DNA of 64,000 nucleotides from Poseidonia sp. (GTDB lineage Archaea; Thermoplasmatota; Poseidoniia; Poseidoniales; Poseidoniaceae): NCBI GenBank assembly GCA_965661285.1, contig CBFIDD010000001.1, positions 96,001 to 160,000 of the forward strand, read 5' to 3'. Shown piece by piece: positions 31,101 to 39,400 of this stretch (position 1 is its first letter; each line of letters starts with the position of its first letter). The notes under the pieces were generated by a model. It saw only the letters and a program-made list of their open reading frames with translations, ran no database searches and was not told where the DNA came from. The position numbers and the translations under genes were made by a program.

Positions 31101-34100
31101 GTCCGTTGCCTGTCTGCGACAATCCACCAGGTATGAGCGATAGGTCGGCGCTTCCGAGGTCCACATCCGTCATGCTGATGCTGCCCATGGCGTTGATGCC
31201 AGAGCTAGCGTAGCTGTCAACGTCAACATTGTTGAGCACAACGTTGGAGTTGGAGCCAGCCATTGCGTCGATGGCCACACCGGTCTGAGCCGATGGGTTG
31301 GTGACCGAGACGTTGGATACGGTGACATCCTTGAGGTCAACGTCGATGAAGTTCACGTAAGAGTTCTCGACCGTTAAGTTCTCTGCGTGCAGAGCACCTG
31401 CGGTGGAACCGGGGTAGTTCACAATGGTACCGCCACCTGACGTACCGTCGGTGTTACAATTCTTGATCGTCCCTTCCTTGAGCGTCGCAATGGCGTTCTC
31501 GGGGAAGTTGAAACAAGCCTCGTCAACACCGTCGATGGAGAAGTCTTCCATGGTGAGGACCGTGCCTTGGCCGCTGCCGTGCGTGAATACTGCACCGACA
31601 TTGGTGAAGGTGACGTCACTCATCGTGTAGTTTCCGGTGTTACAGTCAGCCGTAGCACTTCCACACGAAGGACCGGTGTTGTCGTGTCGGCTACCTGAGC
31701 GGAACACGGCATCGCTGGTGTTGAGGAAATTCACGTGGCTGAACTGGTGTCGGTCGTTGGTACCGCCGGCGGTCGTACAGTCGTCAGTGAAGGCCATGCC
31801 GACCCACTCAGCACCGTTCAAGCCGGTGATGTTGATGGGGTGGGTGGCGTTTGCAAGCGCTGTCATCTTGGTGCATGCACCGTCGAATGAAATTCCCTTG
31901 CCCGCAGCAACGTAGATCTCAACACCGGGTTTAATGGTCAGATCCGAAGAGACCACGAGGTAATCGTTGGTCGGGTTGATTCGGATTGGGCTATCGGTCA
32001 TGTCCCAAACTGGATCTGAAGTAATGTCAGCGGTCACGTCGGTACCCTTGCCTTCGTATGGCATGACACGGTAGTTGACGGAACACGTGTTGGCGCTGTC
32101 ATCGTAGCAGTAGTATTGGTTGTAGTAGGTCCAATACGGAGCGATGGTACCTGGGCGAGAGAGAGTGTTTCCAGAGTACGGCAGTTTGGGTTGTTGGTAT
32201 GTCCAGAGGTTGCGCTCGGTGTTGGTGTTCCCGTTATCGATGAAGTACATCGAACCTTGGCGACTGATTTGAACTCGGTCGTTGGGGTCGTCACCGTCGT
32301 AGCTGGTCCCGAAGTATTCGAATTCAAAGCCTGCTGGAATGTCGATGTTCGCATTGCAACGAGCCTTGTAGGTGTTCCAGTACCACGACGACAAACAGAG
32401 GTATGCGTAAGGGTTACCATTGGACGTTCCGATCAGTGCATTGTTGGCATTGCTCAGTTCAACCAAGCCCTTGTCAAAGGTTTCCCAAGCATCGCTTGTG
32501 GAGCTGGTGCTGATACGGAAATTGGTGGTGGTGGGCTCAATGCCTGCTCCGTAGTTGTACGTGGTTCCAGGGTTGTGATCAATGCTCGCTCCCTTCTGTC
32601 GGGTTTGGTCCATGTAGCCGATGGACCACGAGCTGCGGTACGCCCGGCAATTGGTGTCGTACTTGAATTCAATTTCGTTGGTCACGTCATAAAACAAGGC
32701 CTGAACCGTACAGGTTGGGCGATTGGAGTAGGACATCATGTCGAGCCATTCAACGACAAACACCTTGTTCGGGTCGCCGCGCTCAAACGTGTACGTAGCG
32801 GATGTGTTGACGTTGATACCTTGAGAAACGGTGGAGACGTCTCGACTCGTGAAGTAGTACTCAACGGTGTCGTTGACATCGAGGTCCTCGACGGTCGCCG
32901 TCCACGTACAAGATGAGAGAGCACAGTCTGCTCGGCTCTTACCAGCGGGTTGGGTGAGAACCGTTGAGACCCAGCTTCCTGCCGTTCCGCCGTCTGGCGT
33001 GATTCGGTGGTAAACGGTTGGACCCACACCAGCAGCGTTGCTCGTGTTGAGGCCTGCCGCAGGGTCGCCTGCGTCAAGGATGGTCACCGCAAAGGTTCGA
33101 GACTTCGCATGGGAATCAGCCATGGGGTTGTGAACCATGTCGGGCTTGAACGTGTCAGGCAAGGGCGCAACGCCGCCGGCCTTGAACGTGACGTCTCCGC
33201 CACCATCGGCCTTGCCGTAGTATCCGACGCCAAGAGCGAATCCGCTCCATCGGTAGGAGTTGGTGGAGCCGTACGAATAGCTGTACCTGGAGGTGCACTG
33301 GTCGCGGGAGAGGGCTCGGTAGAAGTAGTACCAGCCGTTGGTTGTAACACACATTCGGTTGGCGGTGGTGGTGGTTTGGGTAGCGTTCCAAGTGAAGGTA
33401 CCAAATTCGCCCGTGATGTCGCCAGGAATGGCGAACTTGAAGGCTTTGTTGTAGCTTCCGTAGGTCAGCGATTGTGTTGCTGCGTCGCCACCCGTCAACG
33501 GCGTATCGATACCGGTTTCCGTGCCGACACCGACGGTTGCCCAGGCGTTCTTTGTGCTGTCGTACACAAAGATGACGTTCATACCGGGTCCGTTGGCAGC
33601 ACCGATTTGCAGGTAGCCACCTGGAGTTCCACCGTCGTTGTTGGTCCAAAGATCCTGATTGAATTTGTTGGTGCCGCTGTTCATCCCGTACGTGCCGTAG
33701 GCAGGTGCGGTGTTTCCACGTGCGATCCAGTTGCCGTAGAAGGTGCTTGAACCGGTGTAGAAGCAAGCAGAAGAACCGGTTCCACAGTTGGAGGTGTCAA
33801 ATTCAAAGTAGTACTCATCGGAGTCGGTGTAGTACGTCATTTGTTGATCCATGTACGAAGAACCTTGCCACGAGCCACCGAGGTAGATGTCGGAGTTCAA
33901 CACGGTGAGTTTCTTGTGGGAGAGGGGTGCGTTGGCAGGGTCCACGATGTCCACCTGATACGGCGTAGGCGTGGTTTGCTGGCCGGTCAAGGCTGGCTCG
34001 TAACCAACGTTGGCGCCGCTGCCGCCCGTGTTGAGGTCTTGATACTTCCAGTAGTATTGGAAGTCATCGCCGTACGAGAGGTCGTCGACGCGCGCCTTGA

Positions 34101-36003
34101 ACTTGCACACGGTGGTTGTGGATGTACACGAGCCAATTGAAACAAGTTCGCCTGCGTCAAATTGACTGTTGCTACCGAGGCCATAGGTGGTGGTGGACCA
34201 GGAGGATCCACCGTCGGTCGAGTAGTGGAGTGTGGGGGCACCGCTTGACGTTGTGTCGATGCCGGACAAATCCGTCAGTGAGATGAAGAGCGTGCGCTCA
34301 CCTTCAATGTAGGAATCAATACCAGTGTATGGAATGAAATTCGCCGTGGGAGCGTCCGCATCAACACCACCTGAGTAGGTAATGGCGATGTGGGAGTTGT
34401 AGCTGCCCGACGTTGTGGTCCTGACGTAGAAGTAGGTGGAGCTGCCGGTGTATCGCTCACCGATACCGACCGTTCCGCCGTTCGTGATGGCGTTGTTGAT
34501 AATGCCGATACCACCGCTGGTCGAGGCACATGCTGTGGCCGAGTTACAGAGGTTAACGGTCTTCCAGCCGGAGCCGCTGCTGCTCACGGTTGCAGCGGTT
34601 GGCGAGAGGCCAATCGATGCCTTCAGGCTGCGAGCAGCGGTTCCCGAGTAGCTCGTCGTGTAGTACGAAGCGCTCAGGGCAGAACCGGTACAGGAACTGC
34701 TCCCCCACGCCGTGGAGGTAGAGGCCCCGGTCGTGGATGTGTATCGTGGCGAAGTACCACAACTCTCGAGAACCTTGACCTGCAAGGTCTTACCTGACCA
34801 CGAGGCGTAGCTGACATACTTCTTGAATTCAATTTTGTCCACGGTGGCGCCAGTTGGGAGGGCGCTGTTAGAGGACGTGAACGTGTACTTGTGCCATGGC
34901 ACGTTTCGGTAGCCGCTCCAGGTCGAGTACTCGTGGTATTGGTAGGTTCGAGTGTAGCAGTTTGGAGAGTAGAGATAGCAGTAGCCGCTCGATGCTGCAT
35001 TCACTCGAATGGTTGGGTCAAGAGCGACAGGATAGACACGGTCTTCGTCAAGAAGCCAAGCTGATTCCACCACGGTCACGAGGAAGATGTTTCCGCTGTG
35101 CACCTGAACGAAGAAGGTCCCCGTGGTGTGGGCCATCTCAGCAGCCGAGTCGGTGACCAGGGGCGCAGGGATGGTGACCAGAAGATCACCGGTTTCGAGA
35201 TGGCGGATTTGGAGGTCTTCTTGCGTCTTGAAGATCTCTTCGCCCAGAAGCGTTTCGCCTGAGTAAAGGCCGAAGTTAGCCGGAAGTTGCAACATCTCGG
35301 TCAATCCAAAGTACACGGCATTCTCTTGGAGAACGGGTGCTTCGCTGATGACAAGGTTTTGCTTCACTTCGTTGGCTTCAACCGTGTACTCAAGGGCGAA
35401 ACCTTCAGCGAGTGGATAGCGGATGACGTTTCCACCGATTTCAACGGAGTGGTCGCTTGGAGGGGCGTAGAAGCCCTGAGGAGCCGTCCCCGATTCGTCC
35501 ATGGCGATGAGCATGGGGTTGATACCGGAGACGACCGGTTCCATGAATTCGTTCGGCTGAACCGTGATACCGTTCGCAACTTCGGAAGCGAAATGCGTCG
35601 TAAACGTATTCTTGGAGACACCCCACCCTTCAGGGTGGGCCTGAATATTCAGGTCAATGTTCTCCCATGTGCCGTCGCCGGACATGTAGTGGATGGGTTC
35701 GCTAGCAACCAATTGCGTGATGGTGCCGTCCTCATTGAGGAAGGCTTTGGTCCTAACGTCTCGCATCCCTTGCAGTTCAAGCGATGGGTCGTATTCGTAT
35801 TCTGCTTCAGCGATCTTTTCGGGGAGCGGGTAGAATTCCTCTGCTCCAGTCGAGTCTGCTTCCACAGCCTCCACGATTGCCGTTGTTTCTTTGTTGTCTA
35901 CGTAGCCGCTCATTGGCATGAGCACCATCAATGCGCACAACAACAGTGCAATCCCGATACCGCCGAAGACGGTCTTTTTCTTATTTTTCTTGTTTCCCAA
36001 CAT
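22108..36003 (-). CDS. Giant (4631-aa) surface adhesin-like protein with internal PGF-CTERM-like signal and C-terminal archaeal type IV pilin domain
   Basis: Signal peptide; WapA/Rhs-like N-domain; beta-helix repeats; CBM9/DOMON-like module; NDAP cadherin-like repeats; VPSF-TM-RR; then AVSPVIATILMVAITVVL (Pilin_N/DUF1628). GGGTGA RBS. Confidence 0.9.
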   Translation of the reverse strand: MLGNKKNKKKTVFGGIGIALLLCALMVLMPMSGYVDNKETTAIVEAVEADSTGAEEFYPLPEKIAEAEYEYDPSLELQGMRDVRTKAFLNEDGTITQLVASEPIHYMSGDGTWENIDLNIQAHPEGWGVSKNTFTTHFASEVANGITVQPNEFMEPVVSGINPMLIAMDESGTAPQGFYAPPSDHSVEIGGNVIRYPLAEGFALEYTVEANEVKQNLVISEAPVLQENAVYFGLTEMLQLPANFGLYSGETLLGEEIFKTQEDLQIRHLETGDLLVTIPAPLVTDSAAEMAHTTGTFFVQVHSGNIFLVTVVESAWLLDEDRVYPVALDPTIRVNAASSGYCYLYSPNCYTRTYQYHEYSTWSGYRNVPWHKYTFTSSNSALPTGATVDKIEFKKYVSYASWSGKTLQVKVLESCGTSPRYTSTTGASTSTAWGSSSCTGSALSASYYTTSYSGTAARSLKASIGLSPTAATVSSSGSGWKTVNLCNSATACASTSGGIGIINNAITNGGTVGIGERYTGSSTYFYVRTTTSGSYNSHIAITYSGGVDADAPTANFIPYTGIDSYIEGERTLFISLTDLSGIDTTSSGAPTLHYSTDGGSSWSTTTYGLGSNSQFDAGELVSIGSCTSTTTVCKFKARVDDLSYGDDFQYYWKYQDLNTGGSGANVGYEPALTGQQTTPTPYQVDIVDPANAPLSHKKLTVLNSDIYLGGSWQGSSYMDQQMTYYTDSDEYYFEFDTSNCGTGSSACFYTGSSTFYGNWIARGNTAPAYGTYGMNSGTNKFNQDLWTNNDGGTPGGYLQIGAANGPGMNVIFVYDSTKNAWATVGVGTETGIDTPLTGGDAATQSLTYGSYNKAFKFAIPGDITGEFGTFTWNATQTTTTANRMCVTTNGWYYFYRALSRDQCTSRYSYSYGSTNSYRWSGFALGVGYYGKADGGGDVTFKAGGVAPLPDTFKPDMVHNPMADSHAKSRTFAVTILDAGDPAAGLNTSNAAGVGPTVYHRITPDGGTAGSWVSTVLTQPAGKSRADCALSSCTWTATVEDLDVNDTVEYYFTSRDVSTVSQGINVNTSATYTFERGDPNKVFVVEWLDMMSYSNRPTCTVQALFYDVTNEIEFKYDTNCRAYRSSWSIGYMDQTRQKGASIDHNPGTTYNYGAGIEPTTTNFRISTSSTSDAWETFDKGLVELSNANNALIGTSNGNPYAYLCLSSWYWNTYKARCNANIDIPAGFEFEYFGTSYDGDDPNDRVQISRQGSMYFIDNGNTNTERNLWTYQQPKLPYSGNTLSRPGTIAPYWTYYNQYYCYDDSANTCSVNYRVMPYEGKGTDVTADITSDPVWDMTDSPIRINPTNDYLVVSSDLTIKPGVEIYVAAGKGISFDGACTKMTALANATHPINITGLNGAEWVGMAFTDDCTTAGGTNDRHQFSHVNFLNTSDAVFRSGSRHDNTGPSCGSATADCNTGNYTMSDVTFTNVGAVFTHGSGQGTVLTMEDFSIDGVDEACFNFPENAIATLKEGTIKNCNTDGTSGGGTIVNYPGSTAGALHAENLTVENSYVNFIDVDLKDVTVSNVSVTNPSAQTGVAIDAMAGSNSNVVLNNVDVDSYASSGINAMGSISMTDVDLGSADLSLIPGGLSQTGNGPSSSSAVFDTITAGDITMQRIHPGTFTDITAEDVSMSGSSINTEILDLVDFDIDGFTLTGCGWTAEMTDSTIESFKSSCSSSSAKNKITIAYSDITHGSSSDHVIDGRNSHITVGESSITSTAISTGTTEVAKARSGSNVVLIDVDLNGNDCSDADGDTGDCSYDVSSSSSNPSMVYFGGLANVSVFRYAQGNAKVYKADHAVSASLVDSSMNELFQIGRHITDANGNTSVWVVVNDSDGTGYEDHIVRAFGTAGQNETYPDNFPDATLASSWYPANGYTWGTHLDLALEPAPIVFNDPTLDCYKLINDPAYTNLSANYNVATSTFTFDDTSITVAADLMLDTCGFELQGGSFRVLSTATTTPVITIKDTGFITANNDGTTGNPAAIRAVSSTYGMNIDLQNGGTLTLDNANMRDLAWDTTTNSGLLVGAGATLNMMNSAIIFGSSASSDEMATVKIQGGSANIESSSIINTGQTGTAIWVENSAAAMTNIIVKNAAVGIASYNGAPQVDGFTSNGNTVGIDTYGGMSLPTIYRSTTLSGQSTGWTTYKMDISTYLGTGNYLQVGANSIYAGGSAHPRFTSSYSSDYFISDRYNIMFEDDAGNAWNITDSGQEGYYPYGSNDPAVVAGTHAYNGGTGGAPSWHCNYYGYNFGPNYQYSDGYFFAMYRYWLGKSGSSSVAPDEFGFDWEATEVSPTGSSASRYPYKYWAGYSPSFYYGGVYAPPEGPNGQPTTGPGQPGNVGNPPSYATGGYYNNYGVCEDYVYKYAVSSGQGARMTFPVVDISNAVANGGNVSKVYIWIDVLHKGADNFQDRYDFVARSGNDPSDLGNYARESGTPLFTEGTITGATTGIEIGGAFAAGHFEDIDVISPVQSGLEVVGQTAATTNRVNVSNGNYGVLVSNTGSGTLDLENLDLEDQAVAGVFYQNDIRGTLSGEVTGSLGAAFKYGTRTAQNVDLNTITIENNAMGMLLEGSGEFTLTDVDMSNTQDVVIQGSSTMDFIEGTVDTTTVDVTGTGEFVRMRQLDVTLQANVSGTAEDVEDTTVILKDENGKISGTSETDSNGVAEDILYTTQTIDNISCMNICNANLNGYEVVASATIDYYWTSSTINNADFRYVFEGVSLTDEPGNSDTVYLEDQYTARICYSFSSTSYTVQDYCAGYLNTRSSRTYANGLVEYGYYAAADGTDLVNEVVMMDVPTMYVAAGTTSWNGSTIISTGSYNVLEHNRVYPLSGDVELYVHDAEIVAVASDNGAAQGFNMGYVYRPMSMDIENTTITGTAGITAGMGYRSFWSNYAYAFDFLRIVDSTFTHFEGLEPVVGGTQVAINNKDICLNIQGGDGNIISGNTFDDCGVGIMAQRSPYYYGHQAHEIGADNMTITDNTFVNGGELADIWLYFQNEVQHANISGNTFSAHDHAIEIESGNTEDVLIQDNTIVAGTDAIRINDLNDFVIDGNDITGAADSRYAGIYVDGGHGDITDNTMTNADGGLFLSGLEEPPASTSNTLCSIDDDDYRRSTTCTWTLVAGEEAFVTLETDYWGYETGLEIALPNGTTDSWPAGGFSRNTLYTLATYTDAGSYTLTLTDTYGDGGAEVRVLKANDYAGPEVSGNTIGVSAGRTAFNAVGITAESCESSIAIQSAANTINLGDNAILIEDCDFSDVGSTLTGDSLASTVGIVGDDTNSVLTLNGTDVSGYDIGVIKENGDLYMIGDATLAGTTYGVYAEATSVIAIDAHVDGGTLGTGLHVEDSPDVWVYPMDASGLVGMYVENSPFRWDGGVVDATTALSVVDAEGSVENMTWADATTQVNAGNNAHVTSIGNTLDSSKLVVAPSAVIDEANLLSIVSTHLGVDPTNEVGLLLTSTDDERAAYVSTSFQPEAITVDGSNEDWIGGNALNPSGYAMPGVMSGDGTDDFLVTYIEGDGIYFGMTNTDLTNSDVLIYLNTGSGGSDVGYNGLGGAHNLPFNANYVLWADGAGSYDLYSYGFLGWSSSALSNANIDVDFSTSLAEFGVPWSRIGGMPDEIDIVAVVQAETTADISVAHPTQTLDSSATLQNLSKFMTVELTHDDLLDGTLTSEVLVYQSFKGSTTATGQKNYDLMLKTPATCAYDWATVEDISMATNVVFDNTYVTGTGDTTNVQSTIDIKRACPVIDTDGADTSDGLVDFSRDEDSGAFTFSLTNLADDVQDQESDLTWTMAEGTQVAFNNDDLLHSALNDQDVTITPHVDQFGTQVFSFVVTDSNGLSDTHNITFTVNNINDAPVICATNPTLGASCMPEISVDTRVDENGDDEDIFNILPEGFGTHTKFLGDVSNASRSYIWDMANEQSPTRQSYVWTASAVDTGDASATTCSAFEVDIVNNELVITENTANELGGKCTITLGLSDDGAENQDATPLDVVFSVAPVNDAPVIKDWNRTAGDVIEADNGSIPALPWSISLMEDDENVANLTYDLSAIKTDVDHEMDDLTWTVESTDQCVYTNYFTTTIVGDDLVFDLIEDATTNANDWEIDYLNNNGIHQIGPSGSEYCQIRLVLRDTPTAPTTQGEYDTYVPNYDQSVMAIADYQQGVATKEIGVRVENVREQVPDYFFDDEAGFSFNGVTNVMTGTYVPVTVAVNGGGDEGPYRYDHMLAITYHTDGHDDVELTRYYAVPDYGASVKYTEDVYITKDTTHVWVEMDVVTCLANPCDMSVTAADRFQADEPSSHYAIINNVQSDDPWSKPGQYGKNATKTSERRPLLEDSNWCNNIMTSLATADVCNHANQPASNFLATDQFLPDVVETIGASAVPSFAPSIVAVALTGLFVSALSFASRRADDEEEVETMAEDDAAVSPVIATILMVAITVVLSGVIYVWASSLAETDVKGVPRVTFDIEDINGFDADEGHWRITVEQSQTPLATQAVEVKVFYTNATGALNTYSVNLADSAGVYGFNPANSDAFVTFVDSVTKEQISETETRSVSTFNSGDTIFVRTHAPDGTPLEDVTITLSYAPINGDGALLRTWDDLSYDKKA

Positions 36004-36038
36004 ATGTCATTCACCCTATACGGACTGTATGCACTGCA

Positions 36039-36070
36039 TCCCACGCCTTACACCATTTATATTGATTGGG
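36039..36070 (-). promoter_or_regulatory. Putative archaeal promoter (TATA ATATAAAT) of the giant gene
   Basis: CCCAATCAATATAAATGGTGTAAGGCGTGGGA, about 55 nt upstream of the ATG in an AT-rich intergenic region; matches 39693-39724. Confidence 0.6.
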
Positions 36071-36418
36071 GTACAAAATCTTTGAAACCATGACACAAAC
36101 AGGAAACGATGGCCATGAGTATTGGCAAAAAACGGTAGGATAATCGACAAGAAAGGATGGAAATCTGGAAGAAAAATATCAACTTTGAAATTGACACCGT
36201 TGTGATGCACGTTTGAGCACCACGCTTCCGCCCAGACAACCGAATAGGGGGAGGTCAACGAAAGCAGAACGACCGTTGTTATTGAAGGCAGCTTGACGGC
36301 CATCATGGGTTCCCAATCCTTTGGATAGGCATGGTATGCTGCGATGGCGAATAGGAACATCGAGCGGGCTGATGGACCTGTGATGGCCAAGCGTGCCATT
36401 TCAAGGAGAAGAAGGCCA

Positions 36419-36467
36419 GGAAGGCCGCCGCAGCGGCCTTCCCAGCGTTGTACACCTCAGAGAGGTG
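36419..36467 (-). terminator. Tandem hairpins in the 3' UTR of the 1056-aa surface gene
   Basis: CACCTC-TCT-GAGGTG, then a perfect 10-bp stem GGAAGGCCGC-TGCG-GCGGCCTTCC, followed by a pyrimidine run. Confidence 0.65.
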
Positions 36468-36492
36468 GATGTGCTTCAGCACGAGTCAGGAA

Positions 36493-39400
36493 TCAGTAAT
36501 CCCAGTCCTTGCCTTCGCCGCCTTCACCGTCTCCGCGGGAGAGGATGAACGCACCTGCGATGAACGCTACGATGACCACGCCGCCGATCAAGCCCCAGGT
36601 CCACGTTGGGACACTGGAGGAGGCGTCGTCACCGGTATCGCCGATGGTGCCGGTGCCGTCGCCGGTGTTGCTGTTGTCAGCAACACGGGTGTCAGTGAAG
36701 CTGTTCATCGAGGCGGCAGCGTCCATGTTGCCCAAGGCATCCATTGGTACGGCGGTGAAGAAGTATTCCTGACCGGTGCGGATAGCGGGCATGTCGATGA
36801 TCACGGTGGTTGCGTCCCCACCCATGGCAGCGTCAGGGCAGGGGGTTGGCATTCCACCCGTGGTAAAGTCATCGGTGGACCAGCACACGTGCCACATGGC
36901 CACATCGCTGGCATCACCGGTCACCGTCCAGTTGACGACCCATTGTCCGTCAACGGCTGCCACCGACATGTCATCGGCCATAACATCACCATCGACCTCT
37001 TTGTCAGCGGTAACATTAGCGATTCCGGGCGTGGAGCAACCTTGGTCGTTGCAGACCGCCACTTCGAGATGGTAAGCCACGCCGTGCGTGGTTTGTGAAC
37101 CGCTGTAGGTGTACGAGCGGTCCTCACTTGGGACGGTGGCGTTGAATGCACCGGGGCAGTCAGGCAAGCTGAGAACTTGTCCGGGACTGACACAGATACG
37201 GAGGCTGTCCGAGGAAAGCATCGTACCGGAAATGTTCCATGACATGGCAATCGCTCCGCCGCGGGTTGCTTCAGCGCTGAATCCGCTCACGGAGGCATCT
37301 GGGATGGAGGCTTGGGCGAGTTCGCCGCCCATCAGCACCATGGGCCCTGCAGCCAGCACGGGAAGGTTGGCAGGAACATCATAGGTGAACATCTCCGTGG
37401 TGGCATCCACATCGGTGGACATGTCCGAGAGGAGAATCCACTTGCCTGAGCCGTCGATGTACCACAAGGAGGTGGCCTCAACGTCCTTTGGAACCATAAC
37501 GGAAACCGACTGGTCGAGGATATCGTTGGAAGTATAGGTTGTACTTGGAGCGTAGTTCACAACGGCAACGGCGGAATAGGTGCCGGTGAAGCCTTCCAGT
37601 TGTTGGTTTTCATATTCGGTGATGTCTCCGTCGGTGAAATTGGCAATCCCAAACATGGACTTGCCGTTGTAATCGAGGGCATATTCGATTCCAACACCAG
37701 CGTCGGTGGTCGCTGTGGCGACGATCGAATTCCAAATGAACAGGTCAATCTCTTGAGAGGCAACGCCGCCGTGTTCGTCGGTCACAACCACTGTGATGGG
37801 TGAGTCTCCGATAGGCAATGAAGCGGCATCCGTGGTACACACCGTACCTCCGTCGAGGAGCGTCGCAGTGCAGCCGCCGATTTCGCCGCTTGGGGATGCG
37901 TACGAAAAGGTGAGGCCCTCACCAGAGGGATCGTCAACATCGAACGCCTCAGTGGAGAATACCAAAGCCTCTCCCTGACCACTGATGATGTCACCCTCGG
38001 TCTCGAGCTCAAAGGACGTGATGATCGGCAGGTTGTTCACCACACGAGCGGTCATCGACTCGCCGTTGTTGCTCGGTCGTTGGTCAACGGCTCCAGTCCA
38101 TTGCTGGGCGTCTTGGTCGGTGGAGTCCTTCTCGTTCATGTTCAGCTCAACATCAATGGTGTACTCACCGGGAACGAGGTTGGTGTGGAAACAAGCACTG
38201 GTGATTGGTCCAAGGGTGCCAAGTGGAGTGTAAGGCGTAGGTGCTTCAACTCCCACCACACATTCGTTGATGGTCCCTGTATCAACACTTACACCATCCA
38301 AAGAAATCTCATAGGAGATGTTCCATCCGTAGGCCTTGGAGTAATCGCTCCCACGGTGCTCAATTTCTGCGAGGACAAGTGAACAGCCGACGTTGAGGTC
38401 GCCTTGTTCACCTGCGGTCACGATGGTGGTTGCGGCACCGGTGCAGTCAGAGTTGTAGCCTTGGTACACAGCAAGGTTGGAGATTCGTATGTCATCGTAG
38501 GTGATTTTCGTGCCGAGCAACTCGTCGGAGTCCGTTCGTGGACGGTCGTCGCTTGAGAAGTCGACCTCGCACTCGTTGTTCCACTGCGTGACGTTGTCCT
38601 CATCCCCCTCAACCGGCTCACTTACCTCGATGCAGTCCTCAAACTGGCCGTAAAGCGTGTACTTGACGAGTTCTGCAGAAATCGTGAACTGTGCGTTGCT
38701 GTCGCTGGTCGGGACGATCTCGCCCGACATCTCCCACGAGGTTTGGTAGTCAAGGACGGAGCGACTGGCGGTTTGCGTGGCGTTTGGATCGGTCTCGTTA
38801 GCGAAGACATCGACGGTCTGCGTCGTACCAACCACCATCTCGCTCTCGCCCTTCACATCATCCGTACCGAGCGTAGCAGTGCTCACTTCTCCGCCGGTCT
38901 TGATGGCGATTGTGACCTCTCGTGGATAGAACACATCGGAGCCGTCTGCGGTGACGATCAACTTGAACGGTGCGCTCTGGAGGTTGCTTGCGTCAAGCGT
39001 GGACGAGTCGGATTCAGTGACACCACCGCTGCCGTCGTTGACGAGCCAAACGAGGTCAACCTCAACGTCAAACCAGTCTTCGACCTTCACATACACGAAT
39101 TCAGCATCGTTGGAGGTGTCGGCATCTGTGGGGCTTTGAGCTTCAATTTCCACCACATACTCACCTTTGAGCGGCGTCCAGACGATGTCGGCGCCACTGC
39201 GCTGGAGGGTGACTTTGCCGCCACCGAGGAAGGAACCTGCGGCCAGCGGGCTGACAGCGGAGTCGTAATCACAAATCGTCCCGTCATCACACATGACGTC
39301 GAGATTTTCCCACACCAGGTCGTTCCCGTTTGCGTCCTTGGCAAGGTCGCCGACGTTCTGGCTGGAATCGGTGTTGTAGACCTTCACGGTATAGGTCAGC

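Noticed and set aside
36016-36399. 127-aa ORF between the surface genes
   Set aside because: Runs through the AT-rich promoter with atypical composition; probably non-coding, although a small RNA or ORF at 36200-36400 cannot be excluded.
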